From the NCBI RefSeq assembly GCF_011745625.1, contig NW_027191458.1, positions 434,001-498,000 of the forward strand: a stretch of 64,000 bases of DNA. The letters are read 5' to 3'. This document shows, in pieces, positions 12,070-25,060 of the stretch (positions are counted from its first letter, which is position 1; the number at the start of each line of letters is the position of its first letter). This DNA is from Cladosporium halotolerans (lineage: Eukaryota). Position numbers and translations under genes: made by a program. The notes under the pieces are model-generated. The model was not told the DNA's origin. It saw only the letters and a program-made list of their open reading frames with translations, and ran no database searches.

Positions 12070-13614
12070 TTAGACCAATGCAAAGGCAGAGGAGTTGACC
12101 ACCCTCCTCTTGCCATGACCGTAGGGGAGGTCAGGAAGCATGCCTGTATCAGGGCTTTCAGAAAGGTCGTGCTGAACACTCTCGAATGCCGAGAACATCG
12201 GATCCTGATCGTGGCCTGGCGCCATCGGCACACATTCGTGTCTGTCTTGGAAGCTCTCCTTAACGTCGCCGCCGCTCTCGATCTGTTTGCGAAGCGCATC
12301 CGCTTGCTGCTTGAAAGCTCGCCACAACACGTACTGGTCCAGGCCGTTTCTGCCGTCATGCAATCTCAGCTGTGCGATCTGCAACACGCAGGTGTCATCC
12401 TCGCCGCGAGCCAGCGTGAGCAAAGTCGCTACAAAACACTCCTGCAAGAATGCAAACGAGAAGCCATTGGTGATATGTGCCATAGCCGGACAGAGCTTGT
12501 GCGGGAATTCAATGCTAGGCTTGCCCTTCAGCTTCCTCCGCCAGAACTCGCAGTAGAGCGTGCGCTCGTGCTCGTTGGGGATTGGGAAGATGTACTTCCT
12601 GTCGAACCTGCTGGGCCGCTTGGAGAGGCCAGGATCCAAGCGGTCAAGGAAGTTGGTGGAGGCAACTACGAAAAGACCATCGTTGTTCTCCAGCCCATCC
12701 ATCTCGTTGAAGAAGTAGCTCCGTGTCTGTGGCGTAACGATGGTCTCGATATCCTCAAGCACGAGCATGCACGGCGCCAGCCGGCGGGCCATGGTGAAGA
12801 CGTTGCGGATGTGGTAGTTGGCCGGCGCGTCGCGGACGTACAGCGTCGGGATGGGTTCTTTGCGGTCGAAAAGCAGGGTGTGCATGAGGGCTTTGATGGA
12901 GATGGTCTTTCCGTTGCCTGGCTCGCCGCCAAAGATCAAGCCGCGCTTCCAGGGCACGCCGAGCTCCTCGTAGACGTCTTTCGAGTCGAAGAACTTATCG
13001 ACGACTGAGGTCAGCTCGCTCTTCATTTTCTCGTCCAGGATGACTTTGTCCCAGTTCGCTTTCTGGACGGCAAGCCATAGGTCCCGGCTTCGCTGCCAGT
13101 AGCCGTCGTAGACAAGGACGGTCTCGCTCAGGCCGGAGTTTTGCCACTCCCCAGCGGTCATGATGAGTATGTCTGTGGTCTTTGACGGTCCCAGCGTTGG
13201 TTCTGATGGGTTTCGTTCCTTGAGTACATATTGCACATTACCGACTGTGTACAAGATGAAGTCCTCATTATTCCACTTGTAATGATATTTGGCAAAATGA
13301 ATTTGCTCGCCGAGCTGACCCTTCTTAGATCGAACGACGGGTGCGAGATAGCCCCTCCAGCTTGCGAAGGAGTCGGTCTTTGTGTCCAATTCGCATGTGG
13401 CATTACCAGAAGCTGCGAAAGCACGGAGGTTGACGTTGTTCGCGGGTATAGAAGTCACTATCATGTCCGGATTGGCATCTCGCAATGCAGATACGTATTG
13501 CAGGTCCTGGTCGGCAGTTTTTGCAGAAGACTGATCGACGACATTGTTGAACAGGTGATGCGGGCCTGCATGGCTGTTCTCTTCGATCAAGGTGAAAGGC
13601 TCCTCCTCAGCCAT
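12070..13614 (-). CDS. AAA+ ATPase (single AAA module)
   Basis: Walker A GEPGNGKT, Walker B LVLEDIE, sensor ASTN and second region of homology LDPGLSKRPSRFD. Confidence 0.9.
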   Translation of the reverse strand: MAEEEPFTLIEENSHAGPHHLFNNVVDQSSAKTADQDLQYVSALRDANPDMIVTSIPANNVNLRAFAASGNATCELDTKTDSFASWRGYLAPVVRSKKGQLGEQIHFAKYHYKWNNEDFILYTVGNVQYVLKERNPSEPTLGPSKTTDILIMTAGEWQNSGLSETVLVYDGYWQRSRDLWLAVQKANWDKVILDEKMKSELTSVVDKFFDSKDVYEELGVPWKRGLIFGGEPGNGKTISIKALMHTLLFDRKEPIPTLYVRDAPANYHIRNVFTMARRLAPCMLVLEDIETIVTPQTRSYFFNEMDGLENNDGLFVVASTNFLDRLDPGLSKRPSRFDRKYIFPIPNEHERTLYCEFWRRKLKGKPSIEFPHKLCPAMAHITNGFSFAFLQECFVATLLTLARGEDDTCVLQIAQLRLHDGRNGLDQYVLWRAFKQQADALRKQIESGGDVKESFQDRHECVPMAPGHDQDPMFSAFESVQHDLSESPDTGMLPDLPYGHGKRRVVNSSAFALV

Positions 13615-14048
13615 GCTTGCACGGTGATCTTGAGGAATGAATACCTCGGTATGGACAGTAAGTGATTGTTGACAAAAGGGCTTATCTGAGCAAGGAATGG
13701 TGTCAATTTTCCGCGTTAAATTGTAAGGTAGTGAGCAGAAAAGTGGTAGAAACGAGTGAGGGGCGGTGTTGCCGCCTAGAAGCTAGTGCATCAGTTGTGC
13801 AGATCAGCTACGTAGCTACGCAGTGCTTTGGACTCGGCAGGATTCCCGTCCCGCGAACTATTGATACATACCGTACTATTCATTAAGTCCGCGGAACACA
13901 TGTTGAACATGTAGAAGATGGCGCCTATCGCAGTATTGGTTGAAGGAAGCTTGAACTGTTGAGATGTGAAATTGACTCTTTGATTGCATTGCCATTGTAC
14001 GCATAAATGTTATTTACATCCACAGAAATCACTTTCAGGTGGAGCTCA

Positions 14049-16652
14049 TCACAGACTCCGCGGCTTCTTCCAGATAGGTACTTCCTCGAAATTCCTCGCA
14101 TACCGAAGCTTTCCATTCTCATCGAAATCAGCCGCCTCATCCGTAGACTGAATGCCAACTTCCTCATTCTCCCTAATCTCCTCCTTGGAGACGCCAGCCC
14201 TATCCCTAGGGAACCAAAGCTTCGGCATCTTGGACGTAAAGACAGGGTTCTCGTATGCGCTAGCCAGCTCTTCCTCGGTAGGAGCCGGAGTGTCGTCTTC
14301 GCGATCCGGCGTCGCGAGCCAGCCTTTGACTTGGTCGCGAGAGGACGTGATGAAGGTGTCGAAGAACTCTGACAGACGAGTCGCAGGGCCCTTTCCAAGA
14401 CGCTCCAGTCCGAGCCGGCGGTTGTGAGCTGACATGTGGAGGGCTACCTCGTCGTCTGCGGGGACGCCGTCTTCCTCCGCGAGCAACGGCACTTCGGCAT
14501 CTTGCAGGGTGTCGAGACCTAGGTAGAGCTCCAGAGGGCGCAGTATGCGATCCAAGACAAGGTTGATCAATGCTGTCAAGACCAGCAAGACCACCATCAA
14601 AATAGTCTGGATCAGAGCTTTGCGTGCGCTGAACAATCCGATGAGAGCAAGTTCCGCCAAGTAGATGCCTGTGGGAATCTGCTGCAGAGCGCGCTTGTAG
14701 GCTTCTCCTCGGGTATCAATCTTGCTCAGGCAAACATAAAGCAGGTTGTACCGGTAGCTGAAGTAGTAAAAGGTCAGACCAATAGAGGCAAAAGCAAGCA
14801 CTAATGGCGCAATGCACGAGTAGGCGACCGCGATCACTAGCAGGTTCGTGAACTTGGGATAAAGACTGCCGTAAGAGATACCCTTCATCTGCGAGTAGGA
14901 TGCGAACTTCTCGCGCGGCGTCTTGTCCCAAAAATACTGGTAAAACAGGTACTCAAAGAGGTCTGAGTAGTTCAAAACGTTGCTTGCTGCACTCGTGAGA
15001 CCCTGGATCAGGAAGTACGTCAAATAGAAGTTTGACGCTTTGGGTAGGCTCTCCGCCAACAAGCTCGGAGCCGAGTGTGGTTCTCTCATGATTTTGGAGG
15101 CCACTGCTGCGGCGCCAGAAGAGAAGGTAGTCACAAGAAAGACCTGAGAAACTTGGAAGAAGAACACCCAAGCTTGCGTTTTTAGTTCAGCCTGCGGAGT
15201 AGTCGGTTCGCCAGAGAGTTTCGCAATGTCTACAAACTGATCAGTATTCGCGTGAAAAAAGAAGCCAAATTGCTACTTACGTCGGAAAAGCTTGGGTACG
15301 TATGATACGAACCAGCTGACCAGAAATGGCGGCAAGAGACCGGACACCAGGCCCAGCAGCCAGTCAGGCAAATCTTGGAGGAAGTGAAGCCATTCGTATT
15401 GCTCCGAAAGGTAGCTGATGTTACTGATCGAGCCAATGATTCCGACCGGAATTGAGAAAAATATGGTGAACGCAATCACGAAGATCAAGCCGAGAGATGC
15501 TTTCGATAGTCGCTTTTCCATAGGCAAAGAGAGACTATCCCAGAGGACTTCCTTCGGCAGCACTTCCAAGTATCGGTCTTCGAGCGGTATAGCCGGAGTC
15601 TTGAAGCTCAAGTTCTCGAAAGCTCTGTGCGCTGCTGCTTGGTTAGAGAATGCCACGAACACAGCTGACTGTCCAGGTAGCTTCGAACTAGGCGCAGCAC
15701 GAAGAGCATCAGTTCGCTTGGCGAAATCAACAACAGAGGCTCGGGACTTTTCGATCAAGTCGGATTTCTTCCCAAATAGAGGAGGCTGTCGTGTTGTTGG
15801 TCTCTGCACGCCTGCTGAGGGATGGCCGTTCTCAACTGTCGATGAAGTATTTGACTTTTTACGGGACTGCTTCTCCGCGCGAGCAACGAAGTCGTACTCT
15901 GCAGACTCCAGTAGCATCGCAGCATCGTTGCGCTGCGAGACCACCTTTGATATCTCACTGGTATCCTTCACAGGCCAAGAGCGTTCAGCTTGTCCGCCGA
16001 AGTAGCCTTTCAAGTTCTCAGGAAGAAGTGCTTCAAGAGGCACGTTGAGAAACAGTACGGTTCGCGATGAGAGCTTTTTGGCACGAGATTCCGCCAACAA
16101 GTATGCCTGCCGCGTGCCAATCAAAAGCAGTCGCTCTCTGGCGATCAAGAGTAGTATACCCACGAAGAACACCCATGCAATGACTGTGTGTGCCCATAGA
16201 TGACTGTTCTTGTCGATGTTGCTGAAAGTGATCTTATCCAGCTGCGAAGCATGGCCGCCACCGGTTGCATTGACCGGAATCAGGACGGGAAGTGCGATGC
16301 AGCATCCAAAAATGCAGATGGCAATGGTGAATTTTAGGAACCTCAGGTAGAGGTACGCATCCAGCGAGCTGTGGTTCAACACAAAGCGGGTGGGAAGTTT
16401 GCGGAAATCGTGGAACCATCCTGCGCCTGAAGAATGATGTGCCGGAGTTCGGTCTTTTTCAGGAACTGTGCCTAAGAACGTTCTAGGGGCATAGTGCTTT
16501 TGAAATTTGTTTCTGATCGCCACGAAGATTGCCAGGTATACTAGGGCAGAGACGAGGGTCGGCACAAATGCAGCGAGGATGGCGGCCCCCGAGGTTGATC
16601 CTGAGGAACGGTGACCACCATATCCCCCTCCCCTAGTTTCCAAGATGCTCAT
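14049..16652 (-). CDS. CSC1/OSCA/TMEM63 (DUF221, RSN1-like) calcium-permeable stress-gated channel
   Basis: YAPRTFL, LDAYLYLRFLK, VLIPVNATGGG, FFFQVSQVFLVTT, LPKASNFYLTY, YSCIAPL and YRYNLLYV motifs. Intron 15230-15280 joins the two ORFs. Confidence 0.93.
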
Positions 16653-17253
16653 TGTGATGCTGTCAAGAAGCCTTGATAAATAGCAGCTTCAAGCTTAGCA
16701 ATGTGCTGTCGACGCGCTTCGGGATGCAGTGAAGGTTCAGAGATACATGCTGGTCCGGGAGGGTGCTTCTTCCTCGGGTTTTTGAGAAGACTGCTAATCC
16801 GAACGTAGTAAACACAGAGACGGAAGACCGATGGTGTGCTGCTGCAAATATCAAGGTATCAGAAGAAGGCAGACTCGTTGGACACGCGTGCAGACGTGTG
16901 GATTGTATAAACAGGCTCCTGTCCTGCGATTTGAGCTGGCGCTGGCGCTGGCGCAAGGACGACGTCACTGCCCGCGCTTGCCTCGTCGCCTTCCCCGCGA
17001 GATCGCGCGTCAGCCTGTGAGCAAAGCGACAGTCTGGAGTCTGGAGTTGCGCCCAACTTTGTTTCACTCCATCCTCCGACATCTGAACCCTCGAGTGGTC
17101 CCTGCAGAGATCACAACACCAGCCGAGCAACCTTCACCTACCCCTCCACCTCTACCTTTGCCAGCTCACAGCAAAGAGTCTCTCGGACTCCTCCCGCCGC
17201 ACTGTCCGACAGCTTCTATCACAGCTTTTTTCAACACGCCGCAACCAGCCCAC

Positions 17254-18180
17254 ATGCCGCTTACCAAACCCGGATCGTCGTCTGGACGCAACTCGCCCGC
17301 ACACTCGGGAAAAGGCTCGCATTCAGGCTTCCACCCCTTCGGTGGTCGCGTAAGCAAACACTTTGGCGATATGGTGCGTCTGATGTAGTAATCCGCAAGT
17401 GAAGATTGTCCGGCTGACGCGCGTGAGCAGCTGTCTCCAGACGACGCCTACCTATCTTACCACGATGTGCGCCTGACCCGTGAGGATGTCCAGTGCATCA
17501 AGGACGACTGGCTCACCGACAACGTAATCGCTTTCTGGCAAGAATACCTCGAGCACGAGAAGCTTCGCGACTACCCCAGAGCGAACATTGTTCTCCTCCG
17601 GCCTTCGATGGCTTTCCTCCTCCTCAACACCAAGGACCCGCTCAGCCTGAAGTCTGCCCTACCGAACTTCGAAAAGACCACACATATCTTTCTTCCAATC
17701 AACGACTGTCGTAGCGTCGATGTCGCTGAAGGCGGTTCCCACTGGAGCTTGCTGCTCGTTTCGGTGATTGATGGCGTTGCGTTTCACTACGATTCGCTCA
17801 CGCCCGCGAACATTCAGGAGGCCAAGCTTGTAGCCCATAGGATCAGCCAGCTTCTCGGCAAGCCTCTCAAGTTCATCAACCTCGACGACTCCCCTCAGCA
17901 AGAGAACAGCTCGGATTGCGGCGTGTACGTCTGCCTTCTGATGCAGCATCTACTCATGTCGCGACTACTCAAGGCCCATGCACAGGACAAGATCAGCATG
18001 AGTATGCGCGGAAAAGAAGTCGATGCGTACAACGGACGTAAGGAGATGCTGCGAGTGATTGAGGCCCGGCGCAAGGAAGGCGAGCGGAGGAGGAGCCGAA
18101 GCCATTCGCCTTACACGAAAGGCAATTCGAAAAGCAGGAGCCCACCGCGTATCGGTGACGAGAACGAGAACGAAAAATAG
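17254..18180 (+). CDS. denA: NEDD8-specific protease (DEN1/SENP8, Ulp1/C48 family)
   Basis: YLSYHDVRL, DWLTDNVIAF, GGSHWSLL (His), HYDS (Asp) and QENSSDCG (Gln/Cys). ATG 17254; intron 17374-17430. Confidence 0.88.
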
Positions 18181-18454
18181 AAGCACCATTGCTATGAATA
18201 CATTTGGGAATGGGCGCAGGTTACGATTCGAGATATTAGCGCTGGCGTTTGGAAGGACAGTCCGCGTCGGGAGGGCTGGATCGTGTGCTCCTTACATGAA
18301 TCATGATCGATTTGAGGACGAGGAATGGCATTTTCTGAGACTGCAGAACAACTCCGGGATTCAGGGATCGGATATTCGTAACGTCGTATGTCATTAGAAT
18401 TTTCACGGATCCATCGTAAAACCTAATGCTTCCTTAGTAGTTCCTGACCATTGA

Positions 18455-19198
18455 CTAAGTCGTCGAGACAGCTTCTCTGACCGCTTGCAGATTTAGCATC
18501 CCCTTCCTACCCCATCCTTTTTGTCCCTGCGCCACGGTTGGCCGGAAGTCCTCGTAATGGTGAAACGCCTGCGCGTTCAAATCCTCTTCTTTGCCTTTCC
18601 AATCCTTCAGAGCATCTTGGAACACACCCTTCGCCCTTGCGTACTCGCTCTCACCAAACTTCTTCATCAGCGTAGCCTCGTTAGCCTTCTTCGGCTTATC
18701 GCCGACCATCGCGAACCCATCCTTCAGCTTTAAATGGAAACCCATGACCTCGAGCTCCTCGAGCTCTTCGTTTTCAGCGCGCCGCCGCCTCTCCTCGCGC
18801 TTCTTCTCCGCGGCGGCAGGGTCCGGCTGGTCTATGGTGCCGATGGCACGCCCTTTGGATACCGCGCAGAGCGTCGAGATGGCACTTCCGGCGCTGAGAC
18901 ACGTCTCCCAGGAAAGGGCAGGATACATGAATGAGGTCACAGTCGCTGCCCATAGCTCCAGGACTGGTGCGCGATTGATGAGGATGCTATCGTTCGAATC
19001 TTCGGCTTGGTCGTCTTGTGGACTGTCCTTGCGGGATGCTTTCTGGGGTTTCTCGTTCGAGGGGGATGTTTTGCGCTTCTTTGATGAGCTATCGCTAGTT
19101 TTGGCCTTGTCTTTGGTGCCTGTAACTGCTGCTTTGGTCTCTTTTGGGTTGTCGATGTGCGCTTGTTTGTTGCCTCCGCTTCGCGTGGTTGGCGGCAT
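18455..19198 (-). CDS. Hypothetical protein, probably conserved
   Basis: Lys-rich N-terminus followed by a globular region INRAPVLELWA...YEDFRPTV.QGQKGWGRKG. First ATG at 19198; coding-like codon use. Confidence 0.75.
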   Translation of the reverse strand: MPPTTRSGGNKQAHIDNPKETKAAVTGTKDKAKTSDSSSKKRKTSPSNEKPQKASRKDSPQDDQAEDSNDSILINRAPVLELWAATVTSFMYPALSWETCLSAGSAISTLCAVSKGRAIGTIDQPDPAAAEKKREERRRRAENEELEELEVMGFHLKLKDGFAMVGDKPKKANEATLMKKFGESEYARAKGVFQDALKDWKGKEEDLNAQAFHHYEDFRPTVAQGQKGWGRKGMLNLQAVREAVSTT

Positions 19199-19584
19199 GC
19201 TGCCTGAGAGGGGTGGCAACGGAGTGGTGGAAATAGTTGTGACACAGATTGAGAGTCAAGCTCACTAGTGACGTGTTATTGCTACATTTCGAGTCCTCTC
19301 ATTGATATATATACTCGCGCGCATTCACTCGTAAGCACTACAGGTCGTGGTTCCGTCGTGGTGATCTCATGCCTCCAACATTCACATGTCGATCGCCCAT
19401 GCAAGTGCGGAGACGCGCTAGCCAGGGTTGGTTGGCCGGCTGGCCGGCTCCCGCGCAGCTGGAAAGCTTAGCTTCTGCTTTGGTCAGCGCCCTCTTCCTC
19501 GCCCTTCGCAACATTCGTGTTGTGAGTTTGACAGTTGCTGCTACAGCGCCGTCGCACGCAAGCGGAAAGACAACACTGCACAAG

Positions 19585-21684
19585 ATGATCGACTTCAGCT
19601 TCAGCGATGACGCTGAGCTCCAAAAGCTCAGCGCCCAAGTGGTAAAGAGCCTCAACTGATGGCCGGCCGGCGCATTGTGTCGCAAACAACGTACGGTCCA
19701 CGAGAGGCATGAGCTAACAATATCGGCACAGGCTTCTGATCCCGAAGAGTTCGAGCACTGGGAAAAACTCGTTCGCGCCGCCGAAGCACAAGAAGGTGGC
19801 CTCAACCGCAACTCGAGCCCCCAAGCAATCGCGTCCACCCGAGAAGCATATGACCGATTCCTCGCTCGTTACCCGTTGTTCTACGGTTTCTGGAAGAGAT
19901 ATGCCGATATGGAGTTTGCGATCGCAGGAACCGAGGCGGCTGAGATGGTAAGTGAGCTTGGAATATGGATAAATGACTTGCGCTGACAAGTGCAGGTCTA
20001 CGAACGCGGCGTCGCGAGCATTGGCATTTCAGTCGACCTCTGGACGAACTACTGTGGCTTCAAAGTCGAGACAAACCACGAATCCGACCTGATCAGAGAG
20101 TAAGTTCAAGGGCATTCCCTCTTCCCCCATTGCCCATGACCACAGCACGGAAGGCCGAAGGCATCCTGGCATATTTTGCACGTGTAACGCAGTCGCGACA
20201 CGCATGGTGAGCATTCCAGCCCTGCGACAGGTTGCGATTATGTCTCACGTCTGCTTCATCAGCACTCATACGCCACGCTTGATTTCTTGCACTCGAGCCT
20301 GCCCTTCATCTCACGTCCACGATCCGCATGCTGAATGCGTGCAATTAAGATTGCTCCACGAGCACAAGTGCTCTTTTCCGCATCATGTTCGCCTCCACCT
20401 TCCTTTGCCCCAGAACCCACCCCTCCCGCCACATAGCCTCTAGCGACTAACGTTAAGTGATCTAGACTGTTCGAGAGAGGTGCAGAGAGCTGCGGTCAAG
20501 ACTTTCTGGCACACCCCTTTTGGGACAAGTACATTGAATTCGAGGAAAGACTCGAGGAGCAGAACCGCATCTTCGATATCCTGAGCAGAGTAATCCATCT
20601 ACCTCTGCATCAGTACTCCCGCTACTTTGAACGTTACAACTCTATAAGCAAGCAGCAACCCATCGGGAAGCTCGCAGCTCCGGAAGTACTTGCTCAGCTA
20701 CAGGGCGAAGCCCAGCAGATTTCAGGCAATCCAGCGGACGTGGAACGAGAAGTCCGCACCAAAATAGAAGCTATCCATTGGGAAATCTTCAGTCAGACCC
20801 AGGCCGAAGTGACGAAGCGCTGGACCTATGAGCAGGGCATCAAGCGTCCCTACTACCACGTCACCGAGCTGGACGAAGAACAGCTGACGAATTGGGGTAA
20901 ATATCTGGATTCTGAAGAAGCCGAAGGAGATTACAGCCGCATCAAATTCCTCTATGAGCGCTGCTTAGTCACTGCAGCGAACTACGATGAGCTTTGGTTC
21001 CGATACGCGAGATGGCTGGCGGCGCAGAAGGGAAAGCAGGAAGAAGTGCGCAATGCGTACGAACGCGCGAGCTGTATCTACATCCCCATCGCGCAGCCTG
21101 CCATTCGCCTTGCGTACGCCAACTTCGAAGAGTCGCAAGGTCGGCCCGACGTCGCAAACGATATCCACGAGGCCATCCTCATGCACATCCCTAGCCACCT
21201 GGAAACAATCAGATCGCTGGTAAACCTCCACAGGCGCCAATACGGCGTGGACGCTGCCGTGGAGGTGCTGAGAAGATACACCGAGGACGGAAACTGCACG
21301 CCTCAGACACGCGGCGCTCTGGTGGCAGAGTGGGCTCGTATCCTCTGGCGCTGCCGAAACGACACCGCGGGAGCCCGCAAACTCTTCCAGAGCGCGCAGA
21401 ACCAGTTCCTGGACTCGCAGCCGTTCTGGAGCAGCTGGCTGATGTTCGAGATCGAGCAGCCGTCGAACGAGGCGGAGGAGTCGGCGGCGCACGAACGCAT
21501 CAGGGCTGTGCATCAGGCGATCCGCTCGAAATCTACGCTCCCGCCGGAGCTTATCAAGAGCTTGAGCTCACAGTACACGAGGTACCTGGAGGAGCGTGGA
21601 GGAAAGGATGCAATCGCGGAGCTTCTGAAGCTCGATCTGGAGCTCAATGGTCCGGCGAGCATTCAGAAGGTTTCCGGTGCCTAA
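19585..21684 (+). CDS. PRP39: Pre-mRNA processing factor 39 (U1 snRNP HAT-repeat protein)
   Basis: YDRFLARYPLFYGFWKRYAD, SVDLWTNYC, GQDFLAHPFWDKYIEFEE and KRWTYEQGIKRPYYHV. Introns 19642-19731, 19948-19995 and 20100-20465. Confidence 0.93.
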
Positions 21685-22221
21685 GTGCACTGGCAGTGAA
21701 ACGGCCGAGACGGATCCGATACCCCTGTAAACTTTTGACGATGGGCTAGGTATGGGTCAATGGGCGGATTTGCTTCAGTGGGGGCCTATTGCGTGAAGGC
21801 CTGTGAGGACCTTGACACGGACTGGGTGGTCGTGTGTATTATACCGAATGTGGCGTGCGAAGACCGCAGCGCTCAAGTCAGCACTCCCAAGGAGAGTTGC
21901 GTCTAGCTATTGGAGAGTAGTTTTGATTCAGAAAATACTTTCGGTAAAGATCTGCGAGCAACGTTTACGTGTTTCATCGTCGATGCCGGTCGTGCGTAGA
22001 TTCTGTTGATGTTTTAATTGTCAGGGTTGAGTATGAATACATTGTCCTGCTGAATGTACAACTTGCACTCGAGAAACGTGGGCGCGCTTTCCCAGCTCGA
22101 AACTTTCCCAGAGCCCTCGTAGGAGCAGTCACTTCTCGTATCTTACATGCGCACTGTTCTGATGCGCTCGCTCCCAAGGTTACTCTTCTTCTGCTCGCCT
22201 CGCCACCTGTATTTCCTAACT

Positions 22222-22650
22222 TCAGGACCCAAACCAGGGCTTGGCATTCTTGCGTTTCTCTTCCTTCATTTCCTCCATCTGGGAAGTGTTAGCCAGGAGA
22301 TGCAAAAGAATTGAAGGAGATGACATCGTGCTTACCCAGTTCTTCTTGCATTCTTTGTATGCCCTGCAAGAATATGTCAGCGTGTGGCGAATCTAGATGA
22401 AGTCGCAAAAGGCCCGGGCTTACTCGAAGTAGTCCTGGCACATCTCCCTATCACCGCCGTTCCTTCGTAGACATTTGAGACTCTTGTTCGCCGCGTCTTG
22501 ACAGGGGTCGAAGTATTCGCTGTAGCGTTTGCTGGTGCCGTGTTAGTGAACGATCTGAATGCATGGAGCTGGAGTTGCATACTTGCTGAATTGCGATGAG
22601 CCTTTCTTCCAATTCGAGTCTTCTTCGGGGGCTTTGGGAGCGTCTGCCAT
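22222..22650 (-). CDS. COX23: Cytochrome c oxidase assembly factor Cox23 (twin Cx9C), 4 exons, not in the ORF track
   Basis: Exons 22650-22583, 22531-22424, 22363-22336 and 22278-22222 with GT-AG introns give [86 protein letters not shown], which has two Cx9C motifs. Confidence 0.9.
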
Positions 22651-23112
22651 GTTGTTCAGATTCTTTGACCACTTACACGCCGGTCACCGCGTCTCGATTG
22701 ATGTCTGTCGCAGTCGATGGATTAGGCAGTTAGGGTTGCGGGGTCAGCCGCGCGCTAGTGCGAGCCCGCCTTCCCTGCAGAGCGGAAACCGTGCACAATT
22801 ATTGACGAGCGGGCGATCACGACACACGCGACATCCCAGGCAATATCTGCTACTTCATCTTATAGCGGAAGCAGGAGAATGCAACACCTTCACTCCAACC
22901 TCACGTGATCCTCCGACCCCCAGCGAGGACAGAGAACGACAAACACACACCGGCCGCCCGGCTGCCGCTTACTGCAAGCCCGCAGCCCACCTTACCCATC
23001 GCGCGTATTGGTTGGGCACATTCTTTCGAACTCGTGACACGCAGGCTGCGCACCTCCCAACTTCTACACCGGCGTCCTCGAGCGGCTCGCCCAGGACTCC
23101 CGACACTCGACC

Positions 23113-25060
23113 ATGTTCTCCCGCGTTCAGCCGACTGCCAAAAGCAATCCACGAAAGAGACAGAAACGCCACCACAGCTCCGACGACAGCGACGCAGGCT
23201 CCCCTCTCACCGACATGCCGTCCGCTACAAGCCTCGCGCCAGGCGGCGGCGAGCACAGCTGCCACTACGAGCAGGCGCTCAAGCGCCTCGAACCCGACCT
23301 GGACTCCATGCGCGGCCTGATCACCTGCAAGGTCTGCCAGCGCTTCCTCTCCGAACCCTACGGCCTCGCCTGCGGCCACACATACTGCTACGTCTGCCTC
23401 GACGCCTGGCTCGTGATGCAGAAGAAGCGCACATGTCCCGATTGCCGCGCCGTGATCAGACAGCAGCCTGTGCCTTCGTTCTTGATCCGCGAGATGACGA
23501 GGGTGTTTGCATACCGCGCCGAGCTGCTACCCGATGGAGAGACAGTGGAAGAGCACGACGAGTACATCAAAGAGGCTGTGGCGAAGGTGGCGCAGGACAA
23601 GGAGGGAAGGGGGTTGTTCAACGGGATGTTCAAGCACGGAGAGCGCACACAGTGGCAGCCGCTACATGATCCCGGTGATGATGTCGAGAGGTGTCCGAAC
23701 TGTCACTGGGAGCTGGAGGAAGATGGCGTGTGCAACAGCTGCGGTCTTCAGGTCGGAGACGGGGACGGGTTTGGCTACGATGAGGTGGACGACGACGAGG
23801 ATCTCAGCGACCAGGGCATTCCAGGCGATGGGTCAGGGGATTTCGACGGGCTGGATGAGGACGAATACTGGGAGGACGCACACCGCGAATGGAGTCCAGA
23901 TCCTGACAGCCCGCATCCACGTCCTCGCATCGACATTAACATTTTCGGCGCGATGCCGATTCCTGCCCCGGCTTTGAGACAATCCAGGAATCACCCGCGC
24001 CGGCTGAGCGTTGATAGCGAATCAGATTCGGAAGATTCAGAAGATCCAGATAATGATCCCGAAATGGATGGGTTCCTCGTTGATGACGACGAGGGCGAGC
24101 CCGAAGGTTCGGATAGCGAATCCGGCGACGAGCAGGACGACAGTGAGGAGGAAGCGGAAGAAACGCCACGTCACCGGCGTAGAATGCCGGCACGTCCCAT
24201 CACCATCGACTCGGACGACGATGACGAGCCGCCGCGACCAGCGCGCCGAGACGTCGTTGCACTGCCTGAGTCCGACACAGACGAGGATGCACCGGCCGCT
24301 ACTACATTTCAGCGCGAGCTCCAGCGCCGGCCCAAGCCCAACCGCCGCCCACCGCAAATCGTCGAGCTCTCCTCGAGCGACGACGAAGAGTCCTCAGGCG
24401 ACGGCCAAGACAACGAGAACAACGACAACTCCAACGCCTCCATCCACGAGTTCTCCTCCCCCGACTCTTCCAACGGCGGCGTCGCCGCCGCCAGCGGCTC
24501 CGCCTCCCCTCCCAGCGGCCACGAAGGCACCTACGGCGCCTACGAATCCTACTACCCAGGCGACAGCGACGGCGACGACGACGGCCCCGGCCACGCCATC
24601 TTCGACGCCGACTACCACAACACGTACGGCGTGGACGACGGCGAAGACGCCTGGGACCCCTACGGCGGCGCCGACGACGACGCAAGAAGTATGACTGCTG
24701 GGTCCGCTCCCTCTGATCGCTCGCCTGCCAGCAGTGGCTGCAGCTGCTAACGTGCGCGGCGCAGGTACTCGGACGACGCGCAATGAGGCCGCCACGACGC
24801 CTGAAGACCACAGGACCGTGCAGGGGGCGCAGACGCATCGGTTGGCGAAAAGGCAGAAGCGGAGGCGGCGGAATGCGAATAGAGATGCGGGTGTGGAGTC
24901 TTCTGCGGAGAGGAACGAGCAGGCGACGGCGTTGCGTCGGTTGCGGTTGAGCGATTCGCAGGCGGAGGAAGGCAATAGCACTAGCGAGCAGGAGAGGCTG
25001 CGCAGAGCGCGGATGCGCAGGGTGCGAGGGAGGCATAGTCTCCGTTCGTCGGGTGACTGA
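23113..25060 (+). CDS. C3HC4 RING E3 ubiquitin ligase with second CxxC zinc motif and acidic region (Psh1-like)
   Basis: CKVC..ACGHTYCYVC..CPDC RING, then RCPNCHWELEEDGVCNSC and long D/E tracts. Intron 24689-24764 joins the last exon. The start is ATG 23113 or 23215. Confidence 0.85.
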
